Source: Patescibacteria group bacterium | Lineage (GTDB): Bacteria; Patescibacteriota; Minisyncoccia; JACQLN01 | Length of the DNA stretch: 61,166 nt | Assembly (NCBI GenBank): GCA_038065095.1 | Contig: JBBTRR010000001.1 | Span: 179,546 to 240,711 of the forward strand | Direction: 5' to 3' | Shown: positions 55,015-61,166 of the stretch, piece after piece | Layout: each line of letters starts with the position of its first letter | How positions within the stretch are numbered: position 1 is the first letter of the stretch | Program-made: the position numbers and the translations under genes | The notes under the pieces: model-generated | The model's database searches: none | Told to the model about the DNA's origin: nothing | What the model saw: only the letters and a program-made list of their open reading frames with translations

Positions 55015-55602
55015 ATGTCTAATTTGAGTAACGTATCTAACAAGAGAACATATTATAGATTAGGACAAGTTCAGCAAAAAACTTTAGTGTTATTAGCTGC
55101 TGGAATTGGTTTAGGTCTAGCCATGAATTCCAATCAATACTTTCGCGTGCTTAAGGGAGCTAAATCAGAATGGCAGAACATAAACAGGCGTTCTTTAGAA
55201 AAAGCTATTAAATCTCTCTACCAATCCAAACTTATACGCGAACATGCTAACTCCGATGGTTCTTTAACTATGGTTTTAACCGATAAAGGTAAGCAAAGGG
55301 CTATAACCTTTAACATAGATAATATGGAAATAAAGAAACCAAACATCTGGGACAAAAAATGGAGAATAATATTATTTGATATTCCCGAAAAGAAAAGGCA
55401 AGCCAGAGATGTTTTAAGAGAAACTATAAAGCGGTTGGGTTTTTATGAATATCAAAAAAGTGTTTTTATTCATCCTTATCCCTGCCAAGATGAAATAGAT
55501 TATATAGTTGAATATTACGAAATCAGACAATACGTGAGAATAGTTACAGCTACAGAATTAGATAATGAGATACACTTGAAGAAAATATTCGGGTTAGTAT
55601 AA
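55015..55602 (+). CDS. PaaX-like protein (Cas2-fold C-terminal domain), paralog 2
   Basis: It aligns end to end with 38362..38931 (DGSLTMVLTDKGK, WRIILFDIPEKKRQARDVLRETIKRLGFYEYQKSV). Confidence 0.6.
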   Translation: MSNLSNVSNKRTYYRLGQVQQKTLVLLAAGIGLGLAMNSNQYFRVLKGAKSEWQNINRRSLEKAIKSLYQSKLIREHANSDGSLTMVLTDKGKQRAITFNIDNMEIKKPNIWDKKWRIILFDIPEKKRQARDVLRETIKRLGFYEYQKSVFIHPYPCQDEIDYIVEYYEIRQYVRIVTATELDNEIHLKKIFGLV

Positions 55603-55626
55603 TTTGGTTTGGTTGCAAATATATTA

Positions 55627-55664
55627 AACTTCAGTGAGATAACGATCGTATTCTCACTGAAGTT
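55627..55664. repeat. CGATCG-centred palindrome P10 (2-nt internal mismatch)
   Basis: AACTTCAGTGAGA-TA-ACGATCGT-AT-TCTCACTGAAGTT. Confidence 0.85.
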
Positions 55665-55815
55665 GGATTCATTTATATTATGGATTATATTATGAGTGTT
55701 CTTTCTTTAGAGTCCAGCAATAAATAGTGGGGCTTACAGGGTTTAACCCCTGCCCAAAAGATGGCTCAAATACTAACTAAAACCTATATATAAGATATGA
55801 GACATTACAACAAAC

Positions 55816-55844
55816 TTGACGTAATTCTATATATGGTATATGAT
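55816..55844 (+). promoter_or_regulatory. sigma70-like promoter of the DGR target gene
   Basis: TTGACG, a 17-nt spacer, then TATGAT. AAGGAGG lies 6 nt upstream of ATG 55930. Confidence 0.5.
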
Positions 55845-55929
55845 TTTAGAACACAGAGAAAGCTAGTTCCCTATCACAATAATGCGACAATATCCGCAAG
55901 GATAGTCGCTTAAACAAGGAGGAATCGCT

Positions 55930-56508
55930 ATGCCAGCGAAATCCGCGTTTTCGGCAGTGGATTTGGCCCACAAAACCTGCTTAGCGGCAGAAGAACAAGG
56001 GTATACGTTAGAGTTGATGAACGCTCTGGCAGAACACCCCACGCTTTTCCGCGATATGCTTCAGGTTCAGCTCGGCTATGCCGAGGTGAAAATTCTGGAA
56101 TATCTTATCAACTGCGACGCCGACCCCTTCGTGCCCGAAGGCTTGCAGGTGGAAGAACATACCAAAGGTGGCCAGTTCAAGTGGAACTCTACCGAAGTGG
56201 AACCTTTTCTCTCCGAACTCCAGCGCGATGGCAAAATCAGTGGTGGTCACGACCTTCGCAAAGAGCTGGCAGGCAAGTCAGTTCTGAACGCGAATGTCCT
56301 AGACTACCTGCTGGTGCACAAGCACCTCATCCCCGAGGAATGGAAGGATAAGGCTGTATTTTTCTGGGGCACCATCTACCGCTACTCGGACGGCAACCTG
56401 TATGTGCGTTACCTCTGTTGGAGCGGCGGCAGATGGCATTGGAGCTGCCGCTGGTTGGGCCGCGGTTGGGACGACGACTATCCCGCGGCTCTGCGCGCAA
56501 GTATCTAG
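55930..56508 (+). CDS. DGR target (variable) protein with a hypervariable C-terminal ligand-binding-type segment
   Basis: The last 41 codons (YRYSDGNLYVRYLCWSGGRWHWSCRWLGRGWDDDYPAALRA) form the VR that matches the downstream TR. G+C is visibly high, and the gene has its own promoter, RBS and terminator. Confidence 0.8.
   Translation: MPAKSAFSAVDLAHKTCLAAEEQGYTLELMNALAEHPTLFRDMLQVQLGYAEVKILEYLINCDADPFVPEGLQVEEHTKGGQFKWNSTEVEPFLSELQRDGKISGGHDLRKELAGKSVLNANVLDYLLVHKHLIPEEWKDKAVFFWGTIYRYSDGNLYVRYLCWSGGRWHWSCRWLGRGWDDDYPAALRASI
56377..56500 (+). repeat. DGR variable repeat (VR) with a 3' GC-rich IMH-like end
   Basis: It aligns without gaps over 124 bp to 56895-57018. All 17 differences lie at positions where the other copy has A. 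Confidence 0.85.
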
Positions 56509-56894
56509 CTCTTTGACCCTTGGAATCTTTGGCTTTTCTTTAGCCCTTGATCCCTTGGGTCTTTTTATTTTGTTTTATTCCGCCCCGACTATAAGTCGCG
56601 GGCGGTTCTTTGTAAAAAAACTAAAATGAATTAAAATAGATTTGGATACTAGGCGAATCTGCCGGCGGTTACGGCTTCCGGCGGCCGAATTCCGAGGCAA
56701 GCTATGCCAGAGTGGGGGCGGTTACGGCTTCTCCCAGCGTGCTAACTTGATCTCCAAAAAACAAAGATACTTGGTGTAGAGTGCTGGTGGAATAGTCCCG
56801 CCAAGGCGGGGCGAGGTCCCGAATAAAATACAGCCTTGAGATTGGTTTATTTATAACCTTCTATGGGCAGTGGCACAGATGGCATTCTATACGC

Positions 56895-57018
56895 AACCGC
56901 AACTCGGACGGCAACCTGTATGTGCGTTACCTCTATTGGAACGACGACAGATGGAATTGGAGCTACAACTGGTTGGACAACGATTGGAACGACAACAATC
57001 CCGCGGCTCTGCGCGCAA
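56895..57018 (+). mobile_element. DGR template repeat (TR), non-coding
   Basis: This is the adenine-rich copy (AAC/GAC/AAT codon-like triplets) of the VR. It has no start codon or RBS and is followed by a hairpin terminator. Confidence 0.85.
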
Positions 57019-57030
57019 CTGTCTTTATTT

Positions 57031-57060
57031 CTCTCTCAACTATTGAGGGAGTTTTATTTT
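57031..57060 (+). terminator. hairpin terminator immediately after the TR
   Basis: CTCTCTCAA / TTGAGGGAG stem followed by TTTTATTTT. Confidence 0.7.
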
Positions 57061-57095
57061 GCTTTCCTCTATTTTTCCGCTAATATAAAAGCACT

Positions 57096-58886
57096 ATGGA
57101 TTCTCAAGAAATAAGGCAGAGGTTTTTAAAATTCTTCGAAGAACGGGGGCATAAGGTTGTGCCGTCTAGTTCGCTTGTGCCCACCGATCCTTCGGTTCTT
57201 TTAACAACTGCTGGAATGCAGCAGTTTAAACCTTACTTTGTTGGCCAAAAAGATCCGATCGTGGATTTTGGTTCTAAAAATACTGTGTCTGTTCAAAAAT
57301 CTTTCCGTACTTCCGATATAGACGAAGTCGGCGATGAAACTCACCTAACATTTTTTGAAATGTTAGGGAACTTTAGTTTTGGTGGTTATTTCAAAGAAGA
57401 CGCCATCAAATATGCGTATGAATTTATTACCAAAGAAATGGGTCTTACTATTGATTACGTTAGTGTTTTTGAAGGAGACTCGGAAGTTCCTGCCGATACG
57501 GAATCGGAACAAATTTGGAAATCTTTAGGTATTGCAAAAATAGAAAAGTTTGGCCGAAAAGATAATTTCTGGGGTCCAACTGGTGCCGAAGGCCCGTGTG
57601 GTCCAACCACAGAAGTTTACGTTAAACCTTCGACGGGTTCGACAGGCTCACCACAAGCAAGCTCAGGTCAGGTGGCCGTAGAAGTTTGGAATATAGTATT
57701 TAACGAATACTATATGAAGCCAGATAAAACTTTAGAACCACTCAAAGTCAAAGGTGTAGACACTGGTATGGGTTTGGATCGTTTAGCAGTTATGGTTCAA
57801 GGCAAAAAAAATGTTTTTGAAACAGATTTACTAGAACCAATTTTAAAAATTTTGCCCGAAAGTATTGATTCTCATCATAAGCGAATCATAGCTGATCATT
57901 TACGGGCATCAGTTTTTCTTTTAGCCGATGGCGTAATGCCTTCTAATAAAGATAGAGGTTATATTTTACGCCGTCTTTTAAGACGTATTTTTACATACGA
58001 ATATATTTATAAACTTTCACCTCAAACTGGCGAATCTTTAATTATAGAAGTTATAAAAAAATACGGTGATTTTTATCCCGAACTACAAAATCAAAAAAAT
58101 AATATTATAGATATGTATTTTGGTGAATGGCAAGGTTTTAAATCTGTTTTAGAGCGTGGCTTAAAGGTTTTAGAAAAAGAAAATAATATAGATGCCAAAA
58201 AAGCTTTTAATTTTTATGAAACATATGGTTTGCCATACGATATAATAAAAGAAATTGCCGGAGTTAAAGCAGAAAACTTAACATTGGAAGGTTTTGAAGA
58301 TCAATTTAAAAAACACCAAGAAGTTTCTCGGGCTGGGGCCGAGAAAAAGTTTGGCGGGCATGGCATAACAGAAGGCGATTTAACCGCAGTTAATGCCGAA
58401 GAGATGAAAATAAAAACCCGTTTGCACACGGCTACACACTTATTAAATGCCGCATTGCATAAGGTTTTGGGCGATGAAGTTTCTCAGCGCGGGTCGGACA
58501 TAACTACAGAAAGAACTCGTTTTGATTTTGTTTTTAACCGTAAATTAACCGACGAAGAAATTAAAAAAGTGGAAGATTTAGTAAATGGTGCTATCTCGGT
58601 AAATTATCCAGTTAAAATAGAAACCATGCCTTTGGAAGAAGCGAAAAAATCGGGCGCGTTATATTTTTATAAAGGCAATTTTCCAGAAATAGTTAAAGTT
58701 TATTCAATAGGTAATTCCTCGATGGATTCGACAAGCTCACCACAGGCAGGCTTGGAACCTCCTTTCAGTCGGGAAATATGCGGTGGCCCACATGTTGCGA
58801 GTACTAGAGAAATTGGAAAGTTTAAAATAACTAAAGAGGAAAGTTCAAGCGCTGGTATTCGCAGGATTAGAGCCACTGTGGAATAG
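57096..58886 (+). CDS. alaS: alanine--tRNA ligase (short form without the C-terminal C-Ala region)
   Basis: FLKFFEERGH, TTAGMQQFKP, WNIVFNEY and CGGPHV motifs. It carries two in-frame copies of a GC-rich ~45-nt element. Confidence 0.93.
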   Translation: MDSQEIRQRFLKFFEERGHKVVPSSSLVPTDPSVLLTTAGMQQFKPYFVGQKDPIVDFGSKNTVSVQKSFRTSDIDEVGDETHLTFFEMLGNFSFGGYFKEDAIKYAYEFITKEMGLTIDYVSVFEGDSEVPADTESEQIWKSLGIAKIEKFGRKDNFWGPTGAEGPCGPTTEVYVKPSTGSTGSPQASSGQVAVEVWNIVFNEYYMKPDKTLEPLKVKGVDTGMGLDRLAVMVQGKKNVFETDLLEPILKILPESIDSHHKRIIADHLRASVFLLADGVMPSNKDRGYILRRLLRRIFTYEYIYKLSPQTGESLIIEVIKKYGDFYPELQNQKNNIIDMYFGEWQGFKSVLERGLKVLEKENNIDAKKAFNFYETYGLPYDIIKEIAGVKAENLTLEGFEDQFKKHQEVSRAGAEKKFGGHGITEGDLTAVNAEEMKIKTRLHTATHLLNAALHKVLGDEVSQRGSDITTERTRFDFVFNRKLTDEEIKKVEDLVNGAISVNYPVKIETMPLEEAKKSGALYFYKGNFPEIVKVYSIGNSSMDSTSSPQAGLEPPFSREICGGPHVASTREIGKFKITKEESSSAGIRRIRATVE

Positions 58887-58920
58887 GTTTTGTTTAAGTG
58901 TAGTATAATATAAGGTAAAT

Positions 58921-60627
58921 ATGTCAAAAGAAAATATATACATTGAACTCCACGAAGACATTCAATCGGTAGTTGAAAAGATACAGTCTTCCGAAGCCAA
59001 TAAAATAGATTTAGTAATACCCACTGGTGCTAGAATTTTACAAAATATAGTAGACGCTCATCTTATAAAAGATACTGTGGAAGAATACGGTAAAGATTTA
59101 ACTGTGATTACGAGCGATCTTATGGGGAAGATTTTTGCAGAACGTGCAGGCCTCGTTGTTTCTGGTTTTGATGGTGCTGAAGAATCTGGTTTTGTAGTTT
59201 CGCAAGCCTTAGCTTCAACCGGAAGAATAAGCGATATTATTCCAAGGAGAAGAGGTATACCTATTGGTTTATCTTCCGAAAAAAAACAACACGCAGTTTT
59301 AACTGCTAGAACAAAAGCTATGCCAAGATCTTCGCATATAGCAAAATCAAGCAATAAAAAAGCTGAAGATTTTTATTTAAATAAAAATAAAGGTGAAAAT
59401 GGAGCAAATTTTTTAAAATCTTACAGAGAAGAACGCGCTAAGGCTAGTGTTTTTAATGGTTTAAATAAAGTAGGCCGTAAAAAATTTTTAAGTCCAATAA
59501 AATTTGTTGGACTTATTGTTTTTTTGGCATTAGCCGTTACCTTTATTGTTTTTAGCAGAGTATTGCCCAAAGCCGATATTTTGGTTTATCCGGTACGTGA
59601 AGCCAAGAATGGTAGTGTTGATGTTTTTGTTTCTGGTAAAAATTCTAAAATTGATCTAGAAAAAGGTTTAATTCCTGGAGAGCTTTTAACGAGCGAAAAA
59701 ATGGAAAGTGCAGAATTTCCAGCAACTGGTACACAAAATACATCTGGTAAAGCTAAAGGTAAAATAACTATTTATAATTCTTATTCAACGCAAGTTCAAA
59801 AATTTGTGCCATCTAGGTTTCAATCCGAGAGCGGAAAAATATTTTGGACAATAGTTAGTGTAAATGTTCCGGGGTATACAACAAAAAGTGGAAAGGTTGT
59901 TCCTGGGGAAATTACTACAGATGTTGTGGCGGCTGAAGGGGGAGATTCTTATAATATTCCTGCTTCTAAATTTACTATGCCGGCTTTTAAGGGTACGGCT
60001 AAAGGCAGTAAAATTTCTGCTGTTTCTAAAGAAGCTATGACAGGTGGTGGCGCCAATGGTGCAAAAATTGTTTCAAACGATGATGCTACTAATGCATACG
60101 ATGGTTTAAAAGAAAAAATAAAACCTCAGTTTGATTTATTTAAACAAAATTTACCTCAAGGTTTTAAATTTTGGCCAGAAGCTTATAACGAAGAATTGGT
60201 TTCAAGTTCAGTTTCTCCAGATGTCGGCGGTGTAGCGGACAAGTTTACAGCTATAGTAAAGATGGTGGCTAGAACAATAGTATTTAAAAATGAAGATTTA
60301 GATTTATATGTAAACAAAAAGATTTCTTCTAAGGATATAGACGGAAAAAAGGTTCTTTTAACAAGTTCCAAAGATGTGTCTTTCTTAAAACAGCCTCTGG
60401 TTGATTATCAAAAAGGAACGATTTCGGCTACGTTAAATGTAAAATACGATGTAATGGATGAATTTAATATTGAAGCTTTTAAAAAGAGTATACTAAATAA
60501 GAAGAAGACAGATATAGATATAAACGATTACAAGGCAGATCGCATAGAAGTTAACCTATGGCCATTTTGGGTGCGCTCTATTCCCTCTAATCTAGACAGG
60601 GTGAATGTTACTATAATTGGGTTGTAA
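58921..60627 (+). CDS. hypothetical protein with one internal TM helix
   Basis: 568 aa with no recognised domain. Confidence 0.45.
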   Translation: MSKENIYIELHEDIQSVVEKIQSSEANKIDLVIPTGARILQNIVDAHLIKDTVEEYGKDLTVITSDLMGKIFAERAGLVVSGFDGAEESGFVVSQALASTGRISDIIPRRRGIPIGLSSEKKQHAVLTARTKAMPRSSHIAKSSNKKAEDFYLNKNKGENGANFLKSYREERAKASVFNGLNKVGRKKFLSPIKFVGLIVFLALAVTFIVFSRVLPKADILVYPVREAKNGSVDVFVSGKNSKIDLEKGLIPGELLTSEKMESAEFPATGTQNTSGKAKGKITIYNSYSTQVQKFVPSRFQSESGKIFWTIVSVNVPGYTTKSGKVVPGEITTDVVAAEGGDSYNIPASKFTMPAFKGTAKGSKISAVSKEAMTGGGANGAKIVSNDDATNAYDGLKEKIKPQFDLFKQNLPQGFKFWPEAYNEELVSSSVSPDVGGVADKFTAIVKMVARTIVFKNEDLDLYVNKKISSKDIDGKKVLLTSSKDVSFLKQPLVDYQKGTISATLNVKYDVMDEFNIEAFKKSILNKKKTDIDINDYKADRIEVNLWPFWVRSIPSNLDRVNVTIIGL

Positions 60628-60703
60628 TTATGGTCATTTTAAGCCCATATTTACTTGTTGACTCTGCTGTTTCTATTTGTTATACTCTTGCAGTTACTAA
60701 ATA

Positions 60704-60919
60704 ATGAAAAAGGATGCTATTCGCAAGGAAGGGGTCGTTTTAGAGGCCCTGCCCAGTGCCATGTTTAAGGTTAAGTTAGACGATGGCATGGAAGTATTAG
60801 CCCATCTTTCAGGTAAGATGAGGCTAAATTTTATTCGTATTCTTCCTGGAGACAAGGTTGCTATGGAATTCTCTCCATATGACCCTAAAAGAGGTAGGAT
60901 TGTTTATAGGGGTAGGTAA
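60704..60919 (+). CDS. infA: translation initiation factor IF-1
   Basis: The S1-like IF-1 sequence [26 protein letters not shown]...[14 protein letters not shown]..+GRI.YR. Confidence 0.95.
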   Translation: MKKDAIRKEGVVLEALPSAMFKVKLDDGMEVLAHLSGKMRLNFIRILPGDKVAMEFSPYDPKRGRIVYRGR

Positions 60920-60990
60920 TCAGCTTCACTAGCTTCGTTAGCTTGTTAGGTCAGAACCTAAAAACTAAAGAAGCTAAAAGCTAAAAGCTA
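60918..60990. repeat. family-A hairpin element, copy A2
   Basis: Nearly identical to A1 over the first ~55 nt. Confidence 0.85.
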
Positions 60991-60993
60991 TTT

Positions 60994-61110
60994 GTGAAAG
61001 TTAGACCATCGGTTAAAAAAATATGCAATAAGTGTAAGACCGTTAAACGTAAGGGTGTAGTTTTCGTTATTTGTTCAAATACTAAACATAAACAGCGCCA
61101 AGGCGCGTAA
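60994..61110 (+). CDS. rpmJ: 50S ribosomal protein L36
   Basis: The GTG-initiated 38-codon [41 protein letters not shown] has the C..C...C....H zinc-ribbon pattern of L36. It is too short for the ORF track. Confidence 0.85.
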   Translation: MKVRPSVKKICNKCKTVKRKGVVFVICSNTKHKQRQGA

Positions 61111-61111
61111 A

Positions 61112-61166
61112 AATCAGCTTCACTAGCTTCGTTAGCTTGTTAGGTCAGAACCTAAAAACTAAAGAA
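61112..61166. repeat. family-A hairpin element, copy A3 (cut by the window end)
   Basis: Identical to the left part of A2. Confidence 0.8.

Noticed and set aside
56836-56857. A sigma70 promoter for the TR transcript (TTGAGA ... TATAAC)
   Set aside because: The spacer is only about 10 nt, so no acceptable -35/-10 pair could be defined. The TR promoter remains unidentified.
56402-57114. ORFs 56402..56629 and 56863..57114 as genes
   Set aside because: They are alternative-frame readings across the GC-rich VR and TR. Both lack an RBS, and the second runs into the alaS start.
1-61166. Reverse transcriptase, integrase, transposase or CRISPR/cas genes
   Set aside because: None of the listed ORFs shows RT (YxDD), tyrosine or serine recombinase, DDE or Cas signatures. 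The repeat-rich spacers are quasi-palindromes without regularly spaced identical repeats, so they are not CRISPR arrays.

Overview
61-kb window from a gene-dense, low-G+C bacterial chromosome. By inference from gene content it is a Patescibacteria/CPR-like organism: a secretin-less type IV pilus/competence locus, a short AlaRS, and PaaX-like, four-helix-bundle and RelE genes. No rRNA gene, complete tRNA gene, CRISPR array, transposase or integrase is visible. Layout: (1) 1-15.2 kb is a surface-glycan region with neuB-neuC-neuA nonulosonic-acid genes, a Wzy_C/TPR membrane protein, a WbaP-like initiating transferase and several decayed gene fragments. (2) 15.8-21.3 kb holds rpmB, an M50 protease, a RelE-type TA pair, an unclassified promoter-to-terminator sRNA and rpsL-rpsG-fusA. 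(3) 22-38.2 kb holds comFC, pilM-N-O, pilB, a receiver-only response regulator, pilT, pilC, two major pilins, a Cys-repeat secreted protein, pilD, four minor pilins and ligA. (4) 38.3-58.9 kb holds housekeeping genes (gatCA, secDF, mnmA, alaS) interleaved with orphan islands that look higher in G+C by eye and carry their own promoters and terminators. (5) infA-rpmJ closes the window. The strongest finding is a diversity-generating retroelement signature. A 124-bp variable repeat at the 3' end of orphan gene 55930-56508 and a non-coding template repeat at 56895-57018 differ at 17 positions, all at template adenines. No reverse transcriptase gene lies anywhere in the window. Other findings: ten perfect or near-perfect intergenic palindromes all centred on CGATCG; several families of long imperfect hairpin elements filling spacers inside conserved operons, one with a four-helix-bundle gene in its loop; short GC-rich elements inserted in-frame in unrelated CDSs; two PaaX/Cas2-fold paralogs bracketed by palindromes; a 248-bp tandem duplication; a T9-tract frameshifted orphan gene; and tRNA-like fragments.
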